Assembly: GCA_016927735.1 (NCBI GenBank)
Contig: JAFGMC010000002.1
Coordinates: forward strand, 4,290 to 68,289
Source of the DNA: Alphaproteobacteria bacterium
GTDB lineage: Bacteria > Pseudomonadota > Alphaproteobacteria > Rs-D84
DNA length: 64,000 nucleotides
Direction: 5' to 3'
This document shows positions 18,666 through 28,509 of the stretch, one piece after another. The position numbers and the translations under genes were made by a program. Each line of letters starts with the position of its first letter. The stretch's first letter is position 1. The notes beneath the pieces were generated by a model. It saw only the letters and a program-made list of their open reading frames with translations, did no database searches and was not told the origin of the DNA.

Positions 18666-19184
18666 ATGAACTATCCGTATATGCCAAAATCAACTGCTCT
18701 TTGGTTGATCGAAAATACATCATTATCTTTTGAACAAATCGCCGATTTCTGTGGTTTACATGAACTAGAAGTTAAAAATATTGCAGATGCTGAAACCTAT
18801 AAAATACAAGGTTTGAATCCCATCTTGAATGGTCAATTAACTCGTGAAGATATTGAAGAATGTGAAAATAATTCATCTTCACGTTTAACTTTGCGCACTT
18901 CAATCGTTAACGCACAAAAAGCACAAAATAAAAAAGGTGTCGGTTATACACCAAAATTGCACCGTCAAAATAGACTCGGCGGGGTTCTATGGATTTTAAA
19001 AAATTATCCAGATTTATCTGATGGACAGGTTGCACGTCTTATGCGCAGCACAAATCCAACAGTTGCTTCTGTACGTAACAAAACCCATAAATCTTATTCT
19101 ACAATTCAAATACAAAGCCCTGTAGTTTTGGGTTTAGTGTCAGAGTCAGCTTTACAGGAAGCTGTTTCAAAAATAAAGAAATAA
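18666..19184 (+). CDS. DUF1013-domain protein (alphaproteobacteria-conserved)
   Basis: N-terminus MPKSTALWLIENTSLSFEQIADFCGLHELEVKNIADAE matches the DUF1013 pattern. Confidence 0.75.
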   Translation: MNYPYMPKSTALWLIENTSLSFEQIADFCGLHELEVKNIADAETYKIQGLNPILNGQLTREDIEECENNSSSRLTLRTSIVNAQKAQNKKGVGYTPKLHRQNRLGGVLWILKNYPDLSDGQVARLMRSTNPTVASVRNKTHKSYSTIQIQSPVVLGLVSESALQEAVSKIKK

Positions 19185-19207
19185 TCTAAAATTTCAAAGG
19201 GTTGTTG

Positions 19208-21289
19208 ATGGCTAAAAAATTAGACGGAGCAACGAAGCTTCTTATTGAGTCTTTACCAGGAAATTTGCAAAAACTTGCAACCGCCGCGGTAGAATTAGGA
19301 TATCTTTCTCACGCAGATTTTATCGCTGCAACCGAAGCTGACGAAGTCCCAGCCGAAGAACACGATGAAGTTTTATCTTTTTTTCAACAAGATTTAGGGC
19401 TTGAAGTAATCGAGGCCGCTTCTTTTACGCGTGATATAGAACAATATTATGAAGATGATTCTGATGAACCACGCGATAAAACTCGTAATTTATTGAATTC
19501 AGATGCAGAACAAGTTGATGTAAACGATGATGACTATGAACATTTTGCAAAACAACTTGAACGCAGCTCTACAGGAAATCTTGTTTTGGGTGTACAAGAT
19601 TCCGTTCAGTCTTATTTAAAACAAATTGGTACAGTTCAACTTCTTACTGCTGCAGGTGAAGTTGCAATTGCACAACGTATCGAAGCTGCATCTCGTCTTA
19701 TGGTTTATGGCTTGTGCGAAAGCCCAATGACAATCCAAGCAATGTTAGATTGGTATCAACAACTTTTGAATGATGATATTCGTCTGCGTTATATTGTAAA
19801 TTTGGAAGTAATGTATTCTTCTGATTCCGAACAAAAATCTTTGGCTGCACTGTCCGAAGCATTAAAATCCAAAGGTGTTGAACATGTTGATGACCTGGAT
19901 GATGACGATTTAGACGACTTGGAAGAAACTTCTACAGAAACAGAAGACGAAGAAGACGAAGAAACAGAAGATGAAAACGGTGTAAAAAAAGAAGATGCTC
20001 CACGTGGAACATCTGGTATACCAATTCCTGTAATGGAAGAATCTTTATTCCCAATGGTTATGGAATTATTTACAAAGGTTAAACGTATATTTAATAGTAT
20101 GCAAAAGTTGCAGGCCAAGCGTTTGGAAAACTTATTATCATCTGCAAAACCAGACGAAACTCTGGAAAAAAAGTATTGTAAATTACGTTTGGAATTGTTT
20201 GAACATGTCAGCAAAATTCGTCTGAATGAAGATCGTGTTTGTGATATATTGGAACACCTTACAAAACGTGATAAATTGTTAATGGGTCTAGAGGGTAAAT
20301 TGTTAAGACTTGCATTGGCTTCAAAAATAAAACGTGAAGAATTTTTGGAAGAATATACTGGTAACGAATTAAATCGTAATTGGGTAAAAAAATTATTAAA
20401 ACATAAAAACCCTGCATGGGTAAAATTCGCACAAAAACATGAAAATGACATTCTTAAAATCCAAGAAGATATAACTGCAATCGCAGCAGAAACAGGACAA
20501 CCAACTGCAGAATATAAAAAAGTTGTTGAATTGGTTCGACGTGGACAGATCGAAGCAGCCCGTGCAAAACGCGAAATGATAGAAGCTAATTTGCGTTTGG
20601 TTATCAAATTTGCAAAAAAGAGTAGTAATCGTGGTTTGGGATTGGATTTCTCTGACCTTGTTCAAGATGGAAATATTGGTTTAATGAAGGCAGTTGATAA
20701 ATTTGATTATCGTTTGGGTAATAAATTCTCTACCTATGCGACCAATTGGATTCAACAGGGTATTTCGCGCAGTATCGCAGACCAGGCAAGAACAATCAGA
20801 ATCCCTGTACATATGATTGATAATATTCATAAGATTCAACGTGCATCACGCCAATTTATGCATAAATTTGGCAGAACCCCAACGGCCGAAGAATTATCCA
20901 AGATTATCTATCTGCCAGTGGATAAAATTCACAAGGCTATGAAGGTTAATCTGAAACCAATTTCATTAGAGGCACCAGTTGGAACCGAAGACGATAGCAG
21001 CCGTATTGAAATTATTGCTGATGAAACAGCCAAGAATCCATTTACATCTGCCGCACAAAAGAATTTGCGTAAGATTGTGACCCAGATTCTATCTGAATTG
21101 GATCCAAAAGAAGAAACTGTCCTGCGTCAAAGATTTGGGATGAGTACGAACAAAACCAGTACCCTGGAAGAGGTTGGTGAATATATCGGTGTAACCCGAG
21201 AACGTATCCGTCAAATTGAACAAAAGGCGCTGAACAAGTTGAAACATCCAACCCGCGCACGTAAACTGCGCAGCTTTTTGGAAGACTAA
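19208..21289 (+). CDS. rpoD: RNA polymerase sigma factor RpoD (sigma-70)
   Basis: ATG at 19208. Regions 1.2-4 are recognisable ([58 protein letters not shown]). Acidic non-conserved insert. Confidence 0.95.
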   Translation: MAKKLDGATKLLIESLPGNLQKLATAAVELGYLSHADFIAATEADEVPAEEHDEVLSFFQQDLGLEVIEAASFTRDIEQYYEDDSDEPRDKTRNLLNSDAEQVDVNDDDYEHFAKQLERSSTGNLVLGVQDSVQSYLKQIGTVQLLTAAGEVAIAQRIEAASRLMVYGLCESPMTIQAMLDWYQQLLNDDIRLRYIVNLEVMYSSDSEQKSLAALSEALKSKGVEHVDDLDDDDLDDLEETSTETEDEEDEETEDENGVKKEDAPRGTSGIPIPVMEESLFPMVMELFTKVKRIFNSMQKLQAKRLENLLSSAKPDETLEKKYCKLRLELFEHVSKIRLNEDRVCDILEHLTKRDKLLMGLEGKLLRLALASKIKREEFLEEYTGNELNRNWVKKLLKHKNPAWVKFAQKHENDILKIQEDITAIAAETGQPTAEYKKVVELVRRGQIEAARAKREMIEANLRLVIKFAKKSSNRGLGLDFSDLVQDGNIGLMKAVDKFDYRLGNKFSTYATNWIQQGISRSIADQARTIRIPVHMIDNIHKIQRASRQFMHKFGRTPTAEELSKIIYLPVDKIHKAMKVNLKPISLEAPVGTEDDSSRIEIIADETAKNPFTSAAQKNLRKIVTQILSELDPKEETVLRQRFGMSTNKTSTLEEVGEYIGVTRERIRQIEQKALNKLKHPTRARKLRSFLED

Positions 21290-21295
21290 ATAATA

Positions 21296-21324
21296 AAAAC
21301 CGCCATTTCGGCGGTTTGTTTTAC
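21296..21324. terminator. bidirectional rho-independent terminator
   Basis: AAAAACCGCC-atttc-GGCGGTTTGTTTT between convergent genes. Confidence 0.7.
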
Positions 21325-21337
21325 CATTTGCGATAAA

Positions 21338-22099
21338 CTATTCGCCTGGGGCAATTTTTATATTATTAATATTCAATAAATTAACTTCTTTCGGTTTCAA
21401 CTTATAATCAGGACATTTTGCTTTGCCGAAATTTGCGCATGGCTTTCCTTTGTACGCTGCCCATGCACGATCGCCAAAAGAATAATGCCACCATTCGCCC
21501 GGATAATTAAAAAAACCTGCGTTTTCCATGGCTGTTAATAAAATTTTTCTGTTTCTTTTTGCGACATCAGATATGTTTTTATATTTTGTAACGCAACGCT
21601 TGGAATGCTCTGAAAACGGCGTCCCCATATCTAATTCTTTGCCGTTGGTATCTATTATTGTTAAATCAATTGCACCACCTGTTTGATGTGGTCCGTATCC
21701 GTTTTCAGGCGAAGCAGAAGTTTTGCGAGAAATATTTTTTACTTGTTCCAAAGATAATCCTGGATTTTCATTCTTTTTATTTTCAAGATTTTCCAACCAA
21801 TTAGACCATTGAACCGCCAAAGAACGCCACCCACCAAAAATATGTAACTTATATCCATCAGGCAATGACAAGGATGCTTTTCCCAACATTTCAACAAGTT
21901 CTGAACGAACCCAGCAACCATCACGTCGATAACATTTATCAGAAAAAGAAATTTTCGGATTATTAATTATATTAACCAATGCGGAATCATTTTCACATAC
22001 GAGTTTTTTATTAACTATTACATTTGGCAAAATATCCCGCAGCCCGAACCACCATAAAAAATAATTTATATAAACTTTTCTTTGTTTCCATATTTTCAT
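21338..22099 (-). CDS. M15-family D-alanyl-D-alanine dipeptidase-like peptidase (VanX/DdpX-like)
   Basis: Motifs GGWRSLAVQ, GPHQTGGAIDLTI and GEWWHYS correspond to the Zn ligand pattern of M15 peptidases. Confidence 0.6.
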   Translation of the reverse strand: MKIWKQRKVYINYFLWWFGLRDILPNVIVNKKLVCENDSALVNIINNPKISFSDKCYRRDGCWVRSELVEMLGKASLSLPDGYKLHIFGGWRSLAVQWSNWLENLENKKNENPGLSLEQVKNISRKTSASPENGYGPHQTGGAIDLTIIDTNGKELDMGTPFSEHSKRCVTKYKNISDVAKRNRKILLTAMENAGFFNYPGEWWHYSFGDRAWAAYKGKPCANFGKAKCPDYKLKPKEVNLLNINNIKIAPGE

Positions 22100-22101
22100 A
22101 A

Positions 22102-22812
22102 TTACAAACTCATTGCTTTTTGTTTCATATCTGCTGGCAGTTTTTCAATGGCATAGCGGTATGCAGTGCGTGGCATTTTATCTGCGCGTGACGTCACAAA
22201 ATCATATACGCATTTTGGGTCTGTTTCGCCGACAACTTTCAGCGCCCATCCGTAACCTTTTTGAACCATATCTTGTTCATCGGTCAGCAGAACTTCGGCA
22301 ATTTCAAAAATGTCATCTGTAAATTTATTGTGACGGGCAGGTACTATAAAACTGACCGCGGCCGCGCGACGAACCCAAAGATTTTCTGACAGTGTCCAAT
22401 TTTTAATTTCTGAAATTAACTCTGGAAACTTTTCAATCATTTCACCCATTGTATGATTACAAAAAGTATCGCACGCCGCCCAATTATGAATATAATTTTT
22501 CACCCATTTTTCAAAAACCCTAAAATCTGATTTTTCAAAACTTTTTCGCATATGATAAGAAAATTCACACGCCACCATAAAATCTTCGTACCAAACAGAT
22601 TGCATTAAATCTTCACATAAACTAAAAACCGCCGATTTTTCCATTTTATCAATTTGTGTAAAATATGCGCGTGCCAGTTTTTTTATATCAGCTGACCGAA
22701 TGCCACGAAGGTTCACAGGTTCTTTAAAAAAATTCTTACCACTTTCCGCAAAACGCGTATCAGAAATTTTAGATAATTTATTTTGTATCTCGATTAACAT
22801 AATTTTATACAT
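22102..22812 (-). CDS. DNA alkylation repair protein (AlkD-like HEAT-repeat glycosylase family)
   Basis: 236 aa, helical repeats. The pattern NWAACDTFC, WVRRAAAVSF, GYGWALK matches the DNA_alkylation family. Confidence 0.65.
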   Translation of the reverse strand: MYKIMLIEIQNKLSKISDTRFAESGKNFFKEPVNLRGIRSADIKKLARAYFTQIDKMEKSAVFSLCEDLMQSVWYEDFMVACEFSYHMRKSFEKSDFRVFEKWVKNYIHNWAACDTFCNHTMGEMIEKFPELISEIKNWTLSENLWVRRAAAVSFIVPARHNKFTDDIFEIAEVLLTDEQDMVQKGYGWALKVVGETDPKCVYDFVTSRADKMPRTAYRYAIEKLPADMKQKAMSL

Positions 22813-24730
22813 GATTGTTTAATGCTGTATAAACTTGTCCCAGTTCGGTCTTTAATAATGTATTCATCAGCATATCTTTATTATCTGCTTGCTCGGCACC
22901 AGCCAATATTTTACCAAAACTGCGTACAAACTGTGTTGCCTGGGAATTGAAAACTGAATCCGATTTTAATAAACTGCGAACTTGTTTTTTATCAGCAGCT
23001 GATAACATTTTTGCCAACCATTTTGTAAAGATTATTTTATCACCTGCATGATACTTTTTCCAAATTGCATCTGGAATATCTGCACCAATGCTACGCGTCA
23101 AATCCAAAGAATGTTCATGCATTTTTTCAATCATTTTTTCAGTTTGTTTTATAAAGTCCTGACTGCTAATTCTACTGAATGATGCTGATGGGGCTGCCTT
23201 TATCGCTTCCATTGGTGCAGTTGCGCGTGCGACCATCATTTGTTTATTCAGTGTCTGCATTGTATTTACGGCCTTGGCATAATCAGACATTAAATCTATC
23301 ATCTGTTGTCTGGATTGTCCCGACAGGCTTTCTAATTTTACCGAAGATTCCGATATATTGCCCATAGATTCTGACACTGTGTCTTTTAAGATATTTATCT
23401 TTTCATTCATGGCTGCGACCATTTTTTCAAGGTTTGCTGCCATTTCTACTGACCCTTGGGATAAACCTGGAAGGGCAGCATAATATTTCTCAATCAATTC
23501 AGAAAGTGGTTGCAATTGTGCAGTTGTATCATTAGACATCTTTATTAAATTAACTGATTGTCCAGATAATTGTTTATGTGCAGTATTCATCTCCATTAAT
23601 GTTTCGCGTACACCAGATGCCATTGCGCGAACAGATTCGGAAAATGCACCAGCGGATGCCTTGGTATTTTCAAGTGTCACATTTGCAACACCAGAAACTG
23701 TTTTCAATTCATTAACGACACCAATTGTAAATTCTTTTATTTCACTGTTGAATCTGCTGGTCAACGTTGCCAATTCACCAGATACATTACGAACAGAGCT
23801 TTCCGTTGTTGTCGCAGATGACATGAGATTTTCAACAGCATCTGCAAGTTTTCTGACTTGTTTTTCAATAGAAGATTCAGCCAGTCTGATTTGTCCACCA
23901 ACTACATTTGCAGTATTGCTGAGCGTATTCATTTGGTTATTTAGTAATGTTTTGGATTGTTTTGTAAATGTATCTAACTTTTCAAGTTGTGAGCTTAACA
24001 ACTTATCATTACTATCCATCAACTTTTCATAATCTGTGGCTGATGTTTTAATCTTATCAAATCCTTCGGCTGTCGAATTTGATAACTCAACCAGCTTGTT
24101 TTGTATAATATTTGTTTCATCTGTCATATTTTTCATTTGTGAAATATTATTTTCTACATCTGATTTTAATTGTTTTGATAACTCTTTACCTGAATCAATC
24201 CAGCCATCAATATGATTCTGTATTGTTGATGTTTTATCTATTGTTTCTTGTGATACTGTATCAACTCTATTTAATAATTCATTGACACGACTTGTAAATC
24301 TTTCTGTAGATTCTTCTACACCGTTCCACCCTGGTGATGTGACAACAGTCTGTAATCCTGTCAGAGTATTATCCAAACGCTGGGACATAATTGCCATTTT
24401 CTTTGCAGCATCATCCGCCAGTTTAACCAAATTTTCATTATTACCTGATAATTCTTGTTTTAATTCTTGTGCTGATTTTATTTGAGAGCCCAGTGTTTCT
24501 TGCATTGATTTAAAACTGGTATGAATCTTATTTACTTCATCTGCTAAAATAATTTGCAACACACGTGAAGCATCTTGAATCTTTGCACGTTCAGGACGAG
24601 TTAATAATAAAAGCAATGATTCCATAACTTTTTGTGAACGACGTGATATAAAAAACAATATTACTAAGGCAACAAGTAAAACAAAGCCTAATATTCCACC
24701 ACTAATTAAAACAATCAAATCTATTTCCAT
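22805..24730 (-). CDS. membrane-anchored long coiled-coil protein, unknown function
   Basis: N-terminal TM (LIVLISGGILGFVLLVALVILFFI), then about 500 aa of Ser/Thr/Asn/Glu-rich helical low-periodicity sequence, then a distinct C-terminal domain of about 110 aa (IPDAIWKKYHAGDKIIFTKWL...). Confidence 0.7.
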   Translation of the reverse strand: MEIDLIVLISGGILGFVLLVALVILFFISRRSQKVMESLLLLLTRPERAKIQDASRVLQIILADEVNKIHTSFKSMQETLGSQIKSAQELKQELSGNNENLVKLADDAAKKMAIMSQRLDNTLTGLQTVVTSPGWNGVEESTERFTSRVNELLNRVDTVSQETIDKTSTIQNHIDGWIDSGKELSKQLKSDVENNISQMKNMTDETNIIQNKLVELSNSTAEGFDKIKTSATDYEKLMDSNDKLLSSQLEKLDTFTKQSKTLLNNQMNTLSNTANVVGGQIRLAESSIEKQVRKLADAVENLMSSATTTESSVRNVSGELATLTSRFNSEIKEFTIGVVNELKTVSGVANVTLENTKASAGAFSESVRAMASGVRETLMEMNTAHKQLSGQSVNLIKMSNDTTAQLQPLSELIEKYYAALPGLSQGSVEMAANLEKMVAAMNEKINILKDTVSESMGNISESSVKLESLSGQSRQQMIDLMSDYAKAVNTMQTLNKQMMVARATAPMEAIKAAPSASFSRISSQDFIKQTEKMIEKMHEHSLDLTRSIGADIPDAIWKKYHAGDKIIFTKWLAKMLSAADKKQVRSLLKSDSVFNSQATQFVRSFGKILAGAEQADNKDMLMNTLLKTELGQVYTALNNHV

Positions 24731-24870
24731 AATATTCTCCCATAATCGTTTATTCTAATACCAATTTTTTACCAATTCAAAGAAATAAATAAACATTTAC
24801 AATAATACATATCGTTATTGCAGTCTGTAAAAATTTATACTAAAATATCTTTAATAAAGCAAGGGTATAA

Positions 24871-26472
24871 ATGTCGCAAAAACATCTAATTTCAACAGAG
24901 CAAGATATAGCTGCGAACCCCAATGAAAATGTATGGGTCCAGGCAAATGCAGGTACCGGTAAAACCAGTGTTTTGGTACAACGCCTTTTACGTATTCTTT
25001 TTAGATCTGTTGGAAATGATTATCCAACTGGTATACTGTGTTTAACCTATACAAATGCCGGTGCCAGCGAAATGCGTAACAGAATATTATCTGCTTTGCA
25101 TGATTGGGCGATTGCATCTGATGACGAACTAGTTGATATGTTAAAAGATATATCAAACAATAAAAATCCAAATAAATCTGATTTAAATCAAGCTAGAAAC
25201 ATCTTTTATAAATACATTGATAACACTGATATTTTAAAAATAAAAACTATTCATGGTTTTTGTGAAGAAATATTAAGAAGATTTCCAATAGAAGCTGAAA
25301 TATCACCTGCGTGGAATCTGATTTCAGATTCTAATCAAAGAATATTACTTTCCGATGCTTTTCACAGATTAATAAATTCACCAATACAACAAAATGATTC
25401 AAGTCAGGGCAATTTTGGTATAAATAAAACAATGGTTAACGATGCCTTTTCGCGCATAGTCGAACGTATATCAGAGCACTCGTTTGAAGAGCTTTTAGGG
25501 ACCTTGACCAAGCAATATAAACTTTTCTTTAAAATCGCTGATATTATTAAATACAGAGAATACTTTATTGATAAAACTAAATATTTTTTAGATCTAAATT
25601 CACCGATTATAACCGAAATTGAAGTTGATATATTACATAATATTATCAAAAAAGCGGAAGAAGAGGTAAAATCATCGAAAAAGCCGGCTGGATATCTGCT
25701 TACTATTATTGACTTAACAAAACAATACATTGATAAAACTATAAATTTTGAAGAATATAAATCTGCTTATTTAACCGCCTCTGATACCAAAAATGTGAAT
25801 GTGGGAAAGAAAGATTATTTGGCTGATGAGCAGGATCGTGTTTATAAATTAAATCAACGGATATTAGATGAACAAATATTTGCAGACACTGTTGCACTAT
25901 TTGATTTATCAGCCGCATTTACAGAAACATATAAAAATATAAAAGCCGAAAGAAACGCCTTGGACTTTGATGATTTAATTTTATATACCGGAAAACTATT
26001 TTCTAAACCAGATGTTATGGGATGGGTACTGTCACAACTGGATTTATCACTCAGTCATATACTCGTTGACGAGGCGCAAGACACCAGTCCAGAGCAGTGG
26101 GAGATACTGCGAATGCTTTCTGGTGACTTCTTTATAGATGGTGATACAGAATATCATACACATTCTTTATTTGTTGTTGGTGATACAAAGCAGTCTATAT
26201 ACGGCTTTCAGGGTGCAGACCCATTGGCTTTTGCAACTAGCAAAGATGATATTACTAATCAAATCAAGCAGAATCTACGCACAATCAAAGAAGTCCCACT
26301 AACCCAGAGTTTTCGTTCAACAGAACCAATTTTGCGGGCCGTAGATCATTTCTTTGGTAATTCTGATATTCTTCATATATCTGGATTTATTAATAATGAT
26401 CACAAATGCTTTCGTATTGATAAACCGGGATTGGTTGAATTACACAAATTATTCTCAAAAGAATCAAATTAG
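24871..26472 (+). CDS. addA: AddA helicase-nuclease, fragment 1 (UvrD-like helicase motifs I-IV)
   Basis: Alpha-type AddA N-terminus (NVWVQANAGTGKTSVLVQR, ILCLTYTNAGASEMRNR), DEAQDT, GDTKQSIYGFQGA and QSFRS. Ends in TAG at 26470..26472. Confidence 0.85.
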   Translation: MSQKHLISTEQDIAANPNENVWVQANAGTGKTSVLVQRLLRILFRSVGNDYPTGILCLTYTNAGASEMRNRILSALHDWAIASDDELVDMLKDISNNKNPNKSDLNQARNIFYKYIDNTDILKIKTIHGFCEEILRRFPIEAEISPAWNLISDSNQRILLSDAFHRLINSPIQQNDSSQGNFGINKTMVNDAFSRIVERISEHSFEELLGTLTKQYKLFFKIADIIKYREYFIDKTKYFLDLNSPIITEIEVDILHNIIKKAEEEVKSSKKPAGYLLTIIDLTKQYIDKTINFEEYKSAYLTASDTKNVNVGKKDYLADEQDRVYKLNQRILDEQIFADTVALFDLSAAFTETYKNIKAERNALDFDDLILYTGKLFSKPDVMGWVLSQLDLSLSHILVDEAQDTSPEQWEILRMLSGDFFIDGDTEYHTHSLFVVGDTKQSIYGFQGADPLAFATSKDDITNQIKQNLRTIKEVPLTQSFRSTEPILRAVDHFFGNSDILHISGFINNDHKCFRIDKPGLVELHKLFSKESN

Positions 26473-26924
26473 TAATATTTATAATTAAATTACAAACGTT
26501 TTTTTGATAAACAATCTTTAACATTAAGCTTATTAACATACCAATACTAATGATTCATATTTTTTTACATTACGAACTATCATATACGGCAATCGACATA
26601 TGTATATAAATCGGTAAAGAATAATAAAACTCTTGAATTATAAGGCTTTTATAACAATTATTATATTGGATAATATTCCTTTATAAAACATTATGATATT
26701 TCAATATTTATTTAATTATTAAAGGGTAAAATTGACACTTTTTACTAAAAAACATTCATCCGAACGTATTGATTATTAATTTATTAAATTAATATATTGG
26801 AAATAAATCTTCAATATTCCGTTTACAATAAAAAATCATGTGATAAAATTAATCGTTGGTTTGATAATAAGTATAAAATTAGAAAATAGACATTAGAAAT
26901 TTTATATAATAAAATGAAAGTTGA
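26473..26924. other. 452-bp AT-rich non-coding spacer interrupting addA
   Basis: No ORF of 60 aa or more on either strand. Visibly lower GC than the flanks. The promoter-like TAGACA(26887)-17-TAAAAT(26910) lies immediately before the ATG at 26925. Confidence 0.7.
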
Positions 26925-28031
26925 ATGAAAGAAAAAGAAACTAAAACTTTATCAGAAAAAAAATCAACTGCGATTGCTCGTAAAGAATATTTATGTGCTA
27001 TCGCGGATAAAATTCAATCCCTGGTTACTAATGAAAAATTTATACCCAGTGATATAATGGTTTTGGTACAACGTCGCAATCCTTTTGCGGGACCTTTGGT
27101 AAAAGAATTAAAATCACGTGGTATAGATGTAGCAGGTAACGATAGAATTATTCTACCTGAATTTCCAGCAATTCGTGATTTGTTGAACCTTATCAGATTT
27201 TGTATAGATCCATCAGATGATTTTGCTTTATGTTGTACTTTAAAAAGTCCATTTTACAGACTGAATGAACGTAATATTTTTGATATTTGTTCATACAGAA
27301 AAGAACTGGCAAAAAATACATTAAACGATGCAAAAACTGTTACAGTTTTTGATGTTTTACAAAAAAACAATCCTGATATTTTTGCAAAACTTTCTGAAAT
27401 TATACAGTGGTCAAAAACGCTCGCACCTTATTCGTTTTTTATGCGTGTTTTGAATACTAATAATAATCGCGAGAATATGATTGCGGCACTGGGGACACAA
27501 ATTATTGACCCACTGGAAGAATTTCTAACAATTTGTTTGGCGTACGAGCGTACACAACCAGGAACATTAAAACATTTTATTAAATGGTTCATTACAGGTG
27601 GCAGTGAAATCAAACGAGATATGGATTCCAGCAGTGGTGTACGTATTGTCACAGTCCATGGCAGTAAAGGTTTAGAAGCCCCTATTGTGTTTTTAATTGA
27701 CACTATTACGACACCAAAATCTGAAAAAGTATTTATGATTGAATCTGATATACATAATACAAATAGAGAAAATTTGAAAGCTTGGCTTTGGGCACCTCAA
27801 AAAAATACCAGCGAAAAATTGGATATTGCTGCAGACATTGTTATGAATAAAAAAATTGCTGAATATTACAGACTGTTATATGTTGCAATGACGCGTGCAC
27901 GCGACAGACTTTATATTTATGGTTTTACCGCAAATAAAAATTCACCTGAAATTGCATGGTATACACAGCTGACAAAAATTTTATCTGAAATATCGGATGA
28001 TAAAACAATCAGGATTGTAAATGACCAATAG
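26925..28031 (+). CDS. addA: AddA fragment 2 (helicase C-terminal lobe, motifs V-VI)
   Basis: DIMVLVQRRNPF, TVHGSKGLEAPIVFL, YVAMTRARDRLYI. Confidence 0.85.
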   Translation: MKEKETKTLSEKKSTAIARKEYLCAIADKIQSLVTNEKFIPSDIMVLVQRRNPFAGPLVKELKSRGIDVAGNDRIILPEFPAIRDLLNLIRFCIDPSDDFALCCTLKSPFYRLNERNIFDICSYRKELAKNTLNDAKTVTVFDVLQKNNPDIFAKLSEIIQWSKTLAPYSFFMRVLNTNNNRENMIAALGTQIIDPLEEFLTICLAYERTQPGTLKHFIKWFITGGSEIKRDMDSSSGVRIVTVHGSKGLEAPIVFLIDTITTPKSEKVFMIESDIHNTNRENLKAWLWAPQKNTSEKLDIAADIVMNKKIAEYYRLLYVAMTRARDRLYIYGFTANKNSPEIAWYTQLTKILSEISDDKTIRIVNDQ

Positions 28032-28467
28032 TTTAAACGCCTTTTTATCACAAAGAAAAAAGCAAAAATTTGCAACTGATACTGGTACTGAAAAGCATTC
28101 AAAAATGCAAAAGATTTTTATGGATATTGATTTAAATTGTAATAATAACACATTGATAGAACAAATAAAATCAAAACCAGAATTATTACCATTTTTTTTA
28201 AAAAATTCGCAGACAGAGGTTCCAATTGCAGGTATTATAAACGGAAAATTTATCAGTCGTCGCATAGACAGATTGGTAAAAAACGAAGCTGATAAATCAA
28301 TAGTATTTTTGGATTACAAAACAGATATAAATAAAAGTTTATTTCGTGAAAAATATGTTTATCAAATGCGCGAATATTCCGAACTATTAAAAAAAATTTA
28401 CCCTGATTATTCAATTCGAGGTTTAATACTTTGGCTGCAAGATTTTACTCTCGAAAAGATTTGTTAA
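28021..28467 (+). CDS. addA: AddA fragment 3 (RecB-family PD-(D/E)XK nuclease domain)
   Basis: Overlaps fragment 2 by 11 nt in another frame. Motifs GKFISRRIDRL, VFLDYKTD, YVYQMREY. Confidence 0.8.
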   Translation: MTNSLNAFLSQRKKQKFATDTGTEKHSKMQKIFMDIDLNCNNNTLIEQIKSKPELLPFFLKNSQTEVPIAGIINGKFISRRIDRLVKNEADKSIVFLDYKTDINKSLFREKYVYQMREYSELLKKIYPDYSIRGLILWLQDFTLEKIC

Positions 28468-28509
28468 AAGCTCTTGAAATAGATAGGGTAGTTTGTCTAT
28501 AATTGGGCC

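Noticed and set aside
19850-19990. Highly acidic low-complexity stretch ([29 protein letters not shown]) in RpoD
   Set aside because: Acidic non-conserved inserts between regions 1.2 and 2 are normal in primary sigma factors.
19789-20607. 272-aa antisense ORF inside rpoD (and similar shadows 964..1329 in obgE, 12680..13210 in the RND pump, 34565..34951 in tsaD)
   Set aside because: These are mirror-frame ORFs within confidently identified genes. Their low-complexity Ser-rich composition reflects the acidic rpoD insert on the other strand. They have no RBS and no independent support.
26473-26924. addA spacer considered as an intein, group I/II intron, IS element or MITE
   Set aside because: An intein is excluded by stop codons in all frames. 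There is no transposase or RT ORF, no GC-rich structured core and no convincing terminal inverted or direct repeats by eye. It is kept as an unexplained insert rather than called a mobile element.
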